From: Trypanosoma brucei
Lineage: Eukaryota
DNA length: 64,000 nucleotides
Assembly (NCBI GenBank): GCA_000002445.1
Contig: CP000071.1
Span: 960,001-1,024,000, forward strand
Direction of reading: 5' to 3'
The notes beneath the pieces were generated by a model. The model did not search any database. It saw nothing but the letters and a program-made list of their open reading frames with translations, and had not been told where the DNA came from. The translations under genes and the position numbers were made by a program. Positions 1-10,300 of the stretch are shown piece after piece (positions within the stretch are counted from its first letter, which is position 1; each line of letters opens with the position of its first letter).

Positions 1-1
1 A

Positions 2-1483
2 GCCATCTACTGTTTTTTACACCACATCGTCTTTGACCCGGTGAAACGTGCGTTGGTTACCCGAACACCTCTTCCAAACGGAGTTGCGTTCAAGCAGAGC
101 ATTTTGGGTGAGTTAGTGGGGGACGATCTCGCCCAAAGCATGTGCTGCCAGTGCCTCTACGATCCCACCACACGCTCTTTATACAAGGGAATTTATCAGT
201 ATTGTTTGGATAATTACCGGAAGACTTCCCGCGCTGGTCAGAGTACGTTGACGGCATTCAACGGGTTCAAGGAGCTGCGGTCGCCGCGTATGACCTTACG
301 ACTTGCTTCAAGCAACTCTCAGGCGTCAGCCACATCAGTGTCGAATACCCCGCTTACGCCACCGACGAAAACGTTTTTCTCAGCACCGCTGGAGAAAGTG
401 CGGGAAGCCGAAGGTTACTGTGGGCCGAAGGTTGTGCGATCCAAGTACTTTGTGAACGGGCAGTGGAAGGTGGACAACTGGGAGGAGAGCAGTTCGCAGG
501 GCGGAGACTCAAACACCAAGAATGGCAACGGTGACGACAGTCAAAGCCCTAGCGGCGCTGTTACCGATGAATGTGATGCCGCTGGCGGTGTTCGAAGTGA
601 CGGTGGAAAATGTTGTGTCAAGAGTGAGCCACCGACGCCACCTGACCGTGTTAGCTGTGCAACACTGAGCTGTAAAGCTTCAAGCGTTTGTCAGGTTGCA
701 GGTGCCTCCGACTCAGCAACCGCAGATGCGGACCGAGCAGTGGACCCATCGCACGGTGAATTCAGAGGGACGGAGCTTACGTGTAGCGACGTGTGCGGGT
801 TAACAGAGGTTCCCTGCTCTAATGTAGAAGGCAGCGCCAGTGCACTCCTTCAAGAATGCGGCGCAGATGCGCCCAACGACCCGGTGGGCGCTGACCGTGC
901 CAGCGTGCAAGATGTGAATGAGGGCGCAGAAATGCTTTGTCCCTTTGGCTACATTCAATGCAGACGGAAGCATTCCCTGTTTGAGCAGTGCTTCGTTGGA
1001 AAGGGGTGGACAAAGAAGGCTAATAACCCCAACGATCAAAATAATGGCTCCGGTGCCCAGGTGGTCCCGCAGGGCGATACTGATGGTGATGGGGGTACGT
1101 CGCCATGGAGAACAAGAGGGAGTGCGAAGCGTAGGTGGAGTGAGATAGAGAGTGTGCAGCCGTCGCAGTCACCACCGCTTGTGTCTTCTTCTTCTTCGTT
1201 CCTTCATTCCATTGCCTCAACCACTGCTTCGCCGCTTACCGTACGTGAAGCAAACGATGCCAAAACTGGAGGTTCATGTGGAGGGTCGGTTTCTGTGCCC
1301 TGCAGGATGCAGTCAAACTCACCCAAAACTCTCACTGAGCAATGTGCGAACGGGTTGGCAACTGAAGATGCCTCTGATGAAGGCGTCAATGCAGACTTCA
1401 GTGCCAGCACATCCCAAAGTAGTGTCGCTGCCGCCCCTAAGGCGGCAGCCCTCTTTGAGCTGTTATCTTATACGCGACGGTAG
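2..1483 (+). CDS. Hypothetical protein, 5'-truncated at the window edge. Ser/Thr/Asp-rich and low-complexity in its second half.
   Basis: The frame is open from base 2 with no upstream stop inside the window. The track start at 41 is GTG, not ATG. Stop at 1481-1483. No recognisable domain. A long pyrimidine tract follows downstream. Confidence 0.45.
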   Translation, partial: AIYCFLHHIVFDPVKRALVTRTPLPNGVAFKQSILGELVGDDLAQSMCCQCLYDPTTRSLYKGIYQYCLDNYRKTSRAGQSTLTAFNGFKELRSPRMTLRLASSNSQASATSVSNTPLTPPTKTFFSAPLEKVREAEGYCGPKVVRSKYFVNGQWKVDNWEESSSQGGDSNTKNGNGDDSQSPSGAVTDECDAAGGVRSDGGKCCVKSEPPTPPDRVSCATLSCKASSVCQVAGASDSATADADRAVDPSHGEFRGTELTCSDVCGLTEVPCSNVEGSASALLQECGADAPNDPVGADRASVQDVNEGAEMLCPFGYIQCRRKHSLFEQCFVGKGWTKKANNPNDQNNGSGAQVVPQGDTDGDGGTSPWRTRGSAKRRWSEIESVQPSQSPPLVSSSSSFLHSIASTTASPLTVREANDAKTGGSCGGSVSVPCRMQSNSPKTLTEQCANGLATEDASDEGVNADFSASTSQSSVAAAPKAAALFELLSYTRR

Positions 1484-1545
1484 AGCATACATGTGATCTC
1501 CTCTTGCTCTTATATTTATATACGCGTTACTAAACTGTTATATTT

Positions 1546-1800
1546 TTGTTTATATGTATCTTATATCTGACTGTCTATTCATCGTGCTTTTTTTCTATAT
1601 CATTTCCCATTCCCCTTTTATTTTGCCCTTTTTTTTCAGTTTTTCATTTTTATTTTTATTTCCCTTTTCAAATTCTTGCTTTCTTTCCCCCTTTTTTACA
1701 TTTTTTTTTGTTTCGTTTCTCGTCACTATCACCTGCATCTCGTTGACCGTGTTCTTTTCCTTTTTTTTTTCCAGTGCTCCGCATCCCTTTTCTCTATGTC
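1546..1800 (+). promoter_or_regulatory. Very long pyrimidine-rich tract (3'UTR/polyadenylation region of gene 1, possibly a splice-acceptor region).
   Basis: About 250 nt that are more than 80% C/T on the + strand, ending in ...ttttttttttccag. Kinetoplastid polyadenylation and trans-splicing are guided by such tracts. Confidence 0.5.
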
Positions 1801-2719
1801 GCTGGTGCAGTTCCCGCGGACGCTGGATCCGCGTATTGCACCTTTGCTGGAGTTAGATGCATTTCCTTCCCTTTTTATGGGCTACGCAAATATGTATGTA
1901 TATGCATCTGTATATGTATATATATATATATTCTTTCTGTGCTATTTGGTGTCTGTTTTGACGGTGAGAAAGTTTAGAAGGACAAGAGCAAATAAAAAAA
2001 AGGGGGGAAGGGAATGAAGGTAACCTGGCAAGGAAGGGGAATAGACGAGGGAAACATGGTTCCTGCAATGGCTGCCTGAAGAGGTGTCTTGTCATAGCTG
2101 GATGAAAAAAAGTTATGCGTACTCGCGTTTACATTCATTCTTTGTTACCTATTATTTCGAGCAGTTAACACCAGTGGTATTGCGTAGCTTCTATACGCAT
2201 TAATTTTAATTTTTTTTTCTGGTGTGTTTGCTACTTATGTCAGGTCTTTTTTCGTTTTTTCTTGATCTGCATTCGTTGTACCATCTGGAAGAAATGGGGT
2301 ATTGAGTAGAAAAAAAAAAGAAGGAAATTGGGTAAGTGAATGAACTGGTTTGTGTGTCTAATGGAGACTCTGCAGGATATACGGATAGGGGGTAAAAAGA
2401 AAAAAAAGAATACGAATTCTCTTTTTTTTAAAAGGAGAAGGGAGAGAAGGCAGTGCCTTGTGTGGGGGGCTATATTGATCATCGACGCAGGAAGGTCTGC
2501 GTCTTTCTTTGTTACGTAATGTCCTTCCTTTCACCGGTATCGTCCATTCTTTGTTTAATTTTTCTTTTCTTTTGTTTAAGTGTTTTTGTTGTCGTATTAC
2601 TGCAGTTAACTAATGTTTCCCCCAAACATACTCTCTTTGGATTGTGCGGTTTTCCTTAAAAGCCTCCTCCCCTCGTGACGTTCCATCCCGCCGTGCAGTG
2701 CCGTATAGCCGCCTTACGC

Positions 2720-2756
2720 GCCTCTTCTCTCCATTTGTTTTCTTTATTTTCTGTTG
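2720..2756 (+). promoter_or_regulatory. Polypyrimidine tract / candidate spliced-leader acceptor region for the 2916 gene.
   Basis: The sequence cctcttctctccatttgttttctttattttctg is followed by AG dinucleotides about 150 nt upstream of the ATG. Confidence 0.5.
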
Positions 2757-2915
2757 GGATAATCGTGTCTGCTTATCTACTCGCTGCGGTGACCGCATAG
2801 CGACAAGTGGAGTCGTGGGTGTACGCGTCGTACACACGAGGTTCCGACTCTCTTCCGTTCTGCGATCCTCCAGAATCGCCAGACACCATTAAATGTACGG
2901 TTCTGCGGGTGCTGA

Positions 2916-4670
2916 ATGAATCGAAAAAAAAGGTCCGTTGCACAGCGGGCACTGCAGCAGTGTCTACGGCGCCTGCCTGTAGGTCACAGTGTCATTTATC
3001 TTAATGAGCTGAGTGCTCACAACCAACTCTCCTTTCTTACTCAATGTTTTGGCCAAGGCTCTGGGAGCGAATGCGGCGGCGACGCGGGGTGTTTGGGAGA
3101 TATTCACATTGGGTTTGAGGGATCCACTTTTCACCCGCCGCCGCGGCCAATGCAACAGCAGACATTAGCGGAAGCCGGAAAGGAGAGCCGTCCTCCCCGT
3201 CATGTCACCACGCCGCTATCCGGTGGTGTGGTGTCCCGTTTGCTGCTACCGAAGATGACGTGCGGTCAGTTGTCGGCGTACCGCGCCCCTCATTTGGACC
3301 TTCTGCCGCGCCCGCAACTTTTCCTTCTTTTAGTGCCGCGGCGTCTGTTCACTTCAGTCGGTTCTTGTTTCTCCACCGAGGCGCTGCTGAGGCGTCACTT
3401 AGTTGACGTCCGTGGTGTGTTGCACTGGCGAGAACACGTGAGAACGTTACCAAATGCGGATACCACGGGGCACAGGCGGGAAACGGAGTCGGGATCAGTA
3501 ATGCTTCTGCCGACATGGGGATGCAGTGCGGCTCAGGCGCGGCAAGCTGTTGCAATGGCAGCCATTGGCGATTTTCGTGTGTTTCTGTTGGGTCGTGGTC
3601 GACAGCGGTTGCTCTCAAGTCAAGCGTTGAGTGTGCAGGAGCTGGGTCGCTGGTGTCCAGCCGCCTTTCGCAGCTTTCAGTTGGATATACTTTCAGTTGA
3701 GCAGACGCCGGTATCATCACGGTCGTTCACACTTTCTTTGTTGGATGAGGCGAGGCGTGGGTTTCGTGAGTGGGGCCGGTCTGTAAACAAATTAGTGGAC
3801 GGTAGTGACTCGTTGAAGGAAGGGAAAAGGGATACGGGACGGGGAAAATGTGCGATATCGCTTTCCGTTGCCGAAGCTGTGCTGGATGTGCGGTGTGATG
3901 CTGCCGTGCCTTGGGCATCGGTTGCTGACAGCTACTTGAGTGCTAAGCTTTTTGAGGCACTTCACGACCGACGTCATTGGTGTGCCTTGGATGCGATGAT
4001 ACATGCCTCACAGTACGTTGTGTTGCCGTTTCTTGTTGGTGAACTCTCAGCAAACGGCACCTACGGCGCTAACGAAAAGTGTTGCTCTTCAAAACTTACG
4101 CGGCTTCTGCGTTGGTCGGATTTGCAATCGATGTTCCGCTGGCGTCACTTTGAACCAGTATTTGGCCCACTGTCCCAGTTGGTGCGACCTGAGGATGTTA
4201 CAGCCATTGGGGGTGGCCGTGATCCCTTTATACTCCCCCTACACGACACATTTGTTCGGCTCTTCCTTCTTCCCCGCATGCGTATTTATTACGCTGAGCG
4301 ACATAGTGCTGCTAGGGGTACTTTTGGTCACCTTGCATCGCATAACAAGGGTGACAGAGCAAGGGAACCAAAGGTGGGAATGGAGGGAGGAGGAGGTGAG
4401 GAGGAAGCCACAGTTGATATACTGGACTGCTTTAACGAGCTTACGCGTGAGGTGGGTATGAATCGGGCGTGTGACAGCTTATCTCGGGGGTGTGGCAAGG
4501 GAGTTGACCGGCTTTCCATGCCAAAGGAGGAACGTCCCGGAACCTCACGCGCACCCTCCTTTACCGTCATGGATCTGCCCGCACTTGTGAAATATCTGTT
4601 TTACTTTCCTGAGTGCTTCGAGGTTTCTCGAAGTGGCATGGACGTAACGTTTAGGTTACGAGGAAGCTGA
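2916..4670 (+). CDS. Hypothetical protein, 584 aa, no recognisable domain.
   Basis: ATG at 2916 is immediately preceded by an in-frame TGA. Pyrimidine-rich tract at 2720-2756 with AG dinucleotides before the ATG. Codon composition matches its neighbours. Confidence 0.55.
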   Translation: MNRKKRSVAQRALQQCLRRLPVGHSVIYLNELSAHNQLSFLTQCFGQGSGSECGGDAGCLGDIHIGFEGSTFHPPPRPMQQQTLAEAGKESRPPRHVTTPLSGGVVSRLLLPKMTCGQLSAYRAPHLDLLPRPQLFLLLVPRRLFTSVGSCFSTEALLRRHLVDVRGVLHWREHVRTLPNADTTGHRRETESGSVMLLPTWGCSAAQARQAVAMAAIGDFRVFLLGRGRQRLLSSQALSVQELGRWCPAAFRSFQLDILSVEQTPVSSRSFTLSLLDEARRGFREWGRSVNKLVDGSDSLKEGKRDTGRGKCAISLSVAEAVLDVRCDAAVPWASVADSYLSAKLFEALHDRRHWCALDAMIHASQYVVLPFLVGELSANGTYGANEKCCSSKLTRLLRWSDLQSMFRWRHFEPVFGPLSQLVRPEDVTAIGGGRDPFILPLHDTFVRLFLLPRMRIYYAERHSAARGTFGHLASHNKGDRAREPKVGMEGGGGEEEATVDILDCFNELTREVGMNRACDSLSRGCGKGVDRLSMPKEERPGTSRAPSFTVMDLPALVKYLFYFPECFEVSRSGMDVTFRLRGS

Positions 4671-5382
4671 GCCGAGGTGTATTCCAACTGTGGGTCAGTG
4701 GCGGCCTGATTGAGAGTTGTATAAAGATATGAAAAATGAGAAGGAAGTGTAGGGAAGGAAGGAACGGATAAAATTATGAAATTGACCGGTATGTCTCCGG
4801 TTTGCTGCTGAGGAGGATTTTGGGCCCTCTGCTGAGCGTTAGATGGTGCTGTGATACCACATTCCAAGCATCAAGGTGGATTGTGTGACTTTCAAACAGG
4901 TTAACGAGGCGGCGTGCCATATGCGTATGAAGCAATGGAACGCGTAATGTGTAGTTCACGGAGTTGCAGCGTTTCAAGCGCAGCAAAAAACTCGGATCTT
5001 CCCCCCTTTTGATAGCGATTGCGCATGCGTTGCTGTTGCAGGATGTACCTTTATCTACTGAGTAAGGTTTCCGGGAGCTCAATACAGTTGTGGAACGACG
5101 CAGTAGAGGGCATGTGTGAAGATGTGGCGAATGTAACCGTCCGAGGACCTTTCGCCACTGTGCGCCACTCGAGCGCATGTGAGCGACAGATTGTTACAAC
5201 AGCAGTGTTCCACACGGGTTGCACGGAGACAGCGTGCGGCAGCCGCATTAAATGTGCGTACGTTTGTAGAGCCTGAGGTTTCTTGTCCTGTTCGTTTTGG
5301 TTGTGTCAAACATTTTCTGTTGTAATTTCCCATTAAACAATACTCTGTAGAGTTGTATACTTCGCCTGGTGTACTAACCGTT

Positions 5383-5450
5383 CTGTTTTTCACCCCTTTC
5401 AATCTGCATTCGCGTTTCCCTTTCACTTCTCCCTTTTATTCCTTCTTTGT
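5383..5450 (+). promoter_or_regulatory. Polypyrimidine tract / candidate SL acceptor region upstream of the sterol desaturase.
   Basis: The sequence ctgtttttcacccctttcaatctgcattcgcgtttccctttcacttctcccttttattccttctttg lies about 200 nt before ATG 5642. Confidence 0.5.
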
Positions 5451-5641
5451 GGTACTGTTTGCCGTGCTGTATCGGTGACTGGTGGTATTGGGATCCAATC
5501 ATCCACCTTTCCGGTGGCTTCAGTGTGCACCGAGTTGTCAATCGTAAAGCGAGTCAGGCGAGACCTCTGAAGTGTCGCTAAGGTACTTCACACTAAAAGA
5601 TTTGTGTAAACTGGTGAAGAGCAGACAAGGACAGCGTCTCG

Positions 5642-6454
5642 ATGGAAGTGGCATTCGACGTTTACGCCTCCCTTCTACCGGTTGACCGCAACTCGCTTCG
5701 TGATCAAATGTTTGTCTACTGGCTTCTCCTCACAACCGGCGGTATAGTGATGTACCTTCTTTGTGCGTCGTTCAGTACATACTTGTTTTTCTTTGAGTTT
5801 GCCGAGACTTACTTTCCCCGCACAATAGCAAAGGGAGGACTCCACGACCAAATAATTCACGAGATATTTATTGCCGTTGCGTCTGTACCCTTTATGGCAA
5901 TTTTAATGACACCTGCTGCAGTTCTTTCGCACCGCGGCTACAGTAAGTTGTACTATAACGTGGATGATTATGGCTGGCCTTATCTCTTCTTCTCTGCGGC
6001 CCTCTTTTTTGTCTTCACCGATTTCATGGTGTACTGGTTCCACCGCGGTCTCCACCATCCCACACTGTACCGTCACCTGCACAAGCTTCATCACACCTAC
6101 AAGTACACCACACCCTTCTCTTCTCACGCATTCAATCCATGTGATGGGTTTGGTCAGGGTGTCCCATACTACGCATTTATATTTATATTTCCCGTTCACC
6201 ACTACCTCTTCGTGTTGCTCTTCATGGCGGTGAACCTGTGGACGGTGTCAATTCACGACCAGGTGGACTTTGGGGGTCATATCATCAACACGACAGGGCA
6301 TCACACGATTCACCACGAGAAATTCAGCTACGACTACGGGCAGTACTTCACGTTTTGGGATCGGATCGGTGGTACGTACAAGGCAGCGAAGCAGACACAC
6401 TCGCTGTCACTGTTTGGAAGGGGCGGTCGAGTTTCAGCTCAAAAACAGGAATAA
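5642..6454 (+). CDS. C-5 sterol desaturase / lathosterol oxidase (fatty acid hydroxylase superfamily).
   Basis: Three histidine boxes typical of membrane di-iron desaturases/hydroxylases: HRGLHH (about 6041-6058), HKLHH (about 6079-6093), HHTIHH (about 6298-6315). N-terminal hydrophobic helices. Sequence resembles ERG3-type enzymes (HxxxH, HxxHH, HxxHH spacing). Confidence 0.8.
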   Translation: MEVAFDVYASLLPVDRNSLRDQMFVYWLLLTTGGIVMYLLCASFSTYLFFFEFAETYFPRTIAKGGLHDQIIHEIFIAVASVPFMAILMTPAAVLSHRGYSKLYYNVDDYGWPYLFFSAALFFVFTDFMVYWFHRGLHHPTLYRHLHKLHHTYKYTTPFSSHAFNPCDGFGQGVPYYAFIFIFPVHHYLFVLLFMAVNLWTVSIHDQVDFGGHIINTTGHHTIHHEKFSYDYGQYFTFWDRIGGTYKAAKQTHSLSLFGRGGRVSAQKQE

Positions 6455-6991
6455 AAGGGGGTTATGCGACGGGATTTGGATAGTATATATATATATATGT
6501 ATGCAGTGAAGGAATAATGGTGGAGGGATGTTTGTTGCATTCTGTAGCCTCCTTTTCGTCACTTTTTTGTCATTGTGCTGCCACTGCTTCAAAAGGTGTT
6601 CACCAAGCGAATGATGCTTTTTTTTTCTCCCTTATATTTCGATATTCTGTTTTACTTTTTTTTATATTTTGGGCGCTGCGGGTGCTTCTGGCTGGAGGAT
6701 ATGGGTGGAGAACCCCCTTTTTTTTCCAGCAGGATGAGTTATATTCCACCCACGCGCTTCGGCGTTCGGTGTGTACACCTCGGTTCGTAAATACATTGGT
6801 ACTCTAATTTTTCTACGCCGTCTCGTTTATTCATTCGGTGACTGATCTGTGCTGTCTTGGCTTACTTTCCTCATGAATTTCATTCACCATCTCCTTTCTT
6901 TTCTTCCTGACTCCTTCCCGTGCTGCATCGTTTTACGGGGCCTTGCGACACAACACGGCTGGGGGCTTTCAATCGTGCTGCAGCCTTAGGT

Positions 6992-7040
6992 GTCCCCCTT
7001 GAGGTTCTTTTTTTTCTTTTTCCTCTTTGGTCCCTCTGGC
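6992..7040 (+). promoter_or_regulatory. Polypyrimidine tract upstream of the dynein heavy chain gene.
   Basis: The sequence tcccccttgaggttcttttttttctttttcctctttggtccctctggctcg lies about 350 nt upstream of ATG 7385. Confidence 0.45.
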
Positions 7041-7254
7041 TCGAAGGGAAAAGATTGAAAAACAAAACAAAAGGAATAAAAGGAAATAAAAGGAGTGAGA
7101 TTTGTTACGAACAAAAAAGGAAAGACAAGAAGGTGGAGCGTGAAGGTGGCCGCTTCAGTGCTGGCAGCGCATAGAAGGAACAGAAGGGAGACGTATTTAT
7201 ATTTATTTGAGACGCTTAGCGCCACTAAAGTTGTTGGAACAAGGGATTTAAACG

Positions 7255-7267
7255 GAGGGGGGGGGGG
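7255..7267 (+). repeat. Homopolymeric G run (12-13 G) 120 nt upstream of the dynein ATG.
   Basis: The sequence ggagggggggggggg read directly. Confidence 0.9.
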
Positions 7268-7384
7268 AAAAGAGGAAACATCAAAGCAAAGAAAAGGCGG
7301 ATCCCTTCCAAGCGACTGGGGAGAGGGGGAGTTTCGACGTACGTTCGAACAGCTACAGTATAAAAAGGGGGGAAAGTAGAGTAA

Positions 7385-10300
7385 ATGACGTCCCGCGTTA
7401 AGTTTGAAGTTGCAGAAGAGGGTGTCATCCCTGAGTGCCATCCGGAATGCACTGTGTGGATGCTGCAACGCATTCAGGCGGAGCTACAATGCAAGGATGA
7501 GGAGTTCACAAATAAGCACATTCGTCTTATTAATGACTTTCTCGTGGGTGATGAGGATCTACACGCGCTCTTTTGCTACTACAGTAGTGTGTTGGTGGAT
7601 GTGGTTTCTGAAGACGGGGAGCCGTCCTCTGAATCCCGTAGCCAGCAGGAAATGATCGCGGAGTTGCGCATTGTTGATGGCCTTCCGGCTGTATCACGGA
7701 GGGACACAATGAAGGGAATGTGCCTTGATGTCGTGTGGTTTGCCCGCCTCGACCCAGAGAAGTTGATCGTCCCTGAGAGCGTGGACACCTGTATTGCGTG
7801 GGGTGTATGTCGTGGTGGTAATCTTCTTGAAGGTTTCCTTCGCCAGCTTCAGTACTCTATCGCACCAACGCTTCTACAGAATCGCTGGCCAGACAGTCTT
7901 GAGAAGGACGTTCGTTCAGCCCTCCATCGTTTTATGGCAGCTGTAACAGAAAATGTGAATCGTCTCAAGGGTCAGACAGTGTTGTATGTCCCCAGTGATC
8001 TCTTTAGCAAGGTGGACCTCGCCGAAGCGCACCAAAATCGTGAACTTGTTCAGGGTTTTGAGGCGGTAGTGATCCACTGGACGCGGCAAATTAAAGAGGT
8101 TGTGGGAGATAAAGACGCCGGTCTCACGGGAGATGGTGCAGGACCGTTGCAAGAAATCGCGTACTGGCGGTCGCGTGCGCGTGACTTGGGTAATATCCGC
8201 ACGCAGCTGAACCGCTCGGACGTGGGAGGAATTGTGCAGGTTTTGAAAAATGCGAAATCATTTTACTATCTTGAGCCATTTTTGAACTTGCGTGCCGACG
8301 TGGAGAAAGGTACCGATGAGGCCTTTGATAGTCTGCGGTTCCTTAACACGCTGCTGGAGCCGTGTACCCGACTATCACGTGCTGGCCCAAAGGAGATACC
8401 GTCCCTTATTCCCGATGTTCTCATTCACGCGCAGCTGATTCTTCTGTACTCAAAGAGTTACAAGAAAGATCGCTTTTTCCGCCTGTTACGGTTAATCTCT
8501 AATGAAATCATTTTCCGCTGCAGCCAGGAGATTGATGTGCCTGCCATCCTCAACGGTGATGTAGAGCGGAGTATGGTAGCACTGAGACACAGCGTTGCGG
8601 CTGGTAATGCATGGATCCAGGAGTGCCACAAGATGCTCGCGGCCACACGCAAAAGGTTTAAGATGGAACGTGGTGAGAAACTTGATGTAGACGACTCTTT
8701 TCTTAATGAAATTGACGGGTTTGTGCGCCACCGCTGCCAAAACTTGTGCGAAATTTGTAAGGCTCAGCTGCAGTTCGGTTTTAAGAGTGTATTCCAAGAT
8801 AGCCAAATATCTACCGATCGCACAGGGGGATCGCGGCACACGCGTGGAGTTCGAAACGCGGCAGCAGTTGAGAAGCGGCAGATTGCCGGTGGCGTGGCCG
8901 CCTATGGTGCGCCGCTTGAGGTGAAGGATCTGGTTAAAACGAAAGGAAAGGAAAAGGATGTCTTTAGGGGCCAGCTGCCAATTTTCAGTGGGAATAAGGG
9001 TCCAGAGATTGAGACGCAGCTGTTAGACATCCAACGTGCATTTAAAGCCAAGATAGACACACTGCGGCGGTTAGACTACGATATTCTTGATGTGAAGTCT
9101 ACTCGTTGGGTTGATGACTTCCGGGCATTGAAGTCAGACATTGATAATCTATCTATGATGCTTCAGCAGATCATCACGGCGGCTTTTGATAGCTTTACCA
9201 CAACAGAGATGGGCGCTGAATACATTGAGGCCTTTTTTCTCGTGGCGGAAACAGAGGAGCTTCAACTCCAGTTGGATCGAAGTAAAGACCGAGTGTTTCG
9301 TATGGTGCATGATAGGGCTATGGTCGTACAGGGCAAGTTACAACGATGTTTCAACAAGCCTCCACCAATTTTCTACCTCCATCCGCCCCTAGCTGGTCAC
9401 GGTATGTGGGCAGAGAACAATGCCCACCTTCTTCAGATGACTACGGAGACACTAAATCACTGCTACTACTTGCGTGAATCCCCCGAATCCACGGAGACAA
9501 TACAACTTGTCGATCGACTGGATCGGTCTCTCCGCGACACGATGCGGCAGAAGTTTTGCGAATGGAGGGCAAACCTGCCGCAGAACCCTGGCGAGTATCT
9601 TGAGCGATTTCTCATTTCTAAGCGCCCCAACCCGCGGAAACACTCCCTCGCCCTGTATGATGTAAATTTCGCTTCGGAGCTTTTGTTACTCTTCGCTGAG
9701 GCGCGGTACTGGCACAGTCTTGGCGAGCTGTTGCCTGTCCACATTATGGACATTGTGTCTAAGGAAGAACGCCTGCGAATATACCGTGAGAGTGTTGCAC
9801 AGGCAGTTCGGGCCCGAAACAGCATTGCCTTGTCGCTGACCCGTGAGGAATGTCGACTTTTCTCAGTGCGGATGAATTTTTTGGAGAGCAAATATATGCC
9901 CGGAATGACGAGACTGCTGTGGAACTCACAGGGTATTGTTGAGTACTTTGTTCGAGAGTGCCGCCAACACGTGGAGCGAGTTCAGCACATCGTAAATGAG
10001 TTTAAGCACGGATCAGAGTACGTTGACCATCACTGCAAGGCTATTGCCGACACGATTGTGGTCATCTTTGAGAAAAAGAAGGTATATTCCATCGAATCCT
10101 TCGTAGAGAAGCAAGAGGCTCACCGTGCCGCCACGTTGGAGAAACTTCAGGCAATTCATCGGCGCCTCGTGGACAAGCTATTCGAGTTGTTGAGCTACTT
10201 TCGTGACGACTATGCCGAGGATGATGTCGTTCGCACGGAGTGGCACCGCCTCATATCGAAGGTGGAGCTAAAGGTGGAGGAAGCGTTGCGTACGATGGTG

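Noticed and set aside
1546-2095. Overlapping 66-113 aa ORFs rich in F/L/S/P (e.g. 1554..1856, 1676..2017) and the minus-strand 1853..2095.
   Set aside because: They are translations of a long polypyrimidine tract and (TA)n microsatellite. The extreme low complexity and mutual overlap in all frames indicate non-coding UTR/intergenic sequence.
4774-5426. Minus-strand ORFs 4774..5178 (134 aa) and 5079..5426 (115 aa) in the 3' flank of the 584-aa gene.
   Set aside because: They are on the opposite strand to a uniformly + strand transcription unit, overlap each other, and have no domain signature. The region is most simply the 3'UTR of the upstream gene.
6986-7473. 160-aa minus-strand ORF and 82-94 aa ORFs in the dynein upstream region.
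   Set aside because: They lie in pyrimidine/purine-skewed intergenic sequence containing the G13 run. The composition is low-complexity, the strand is opposite to the whole cluster, and there is no recognisable domain.
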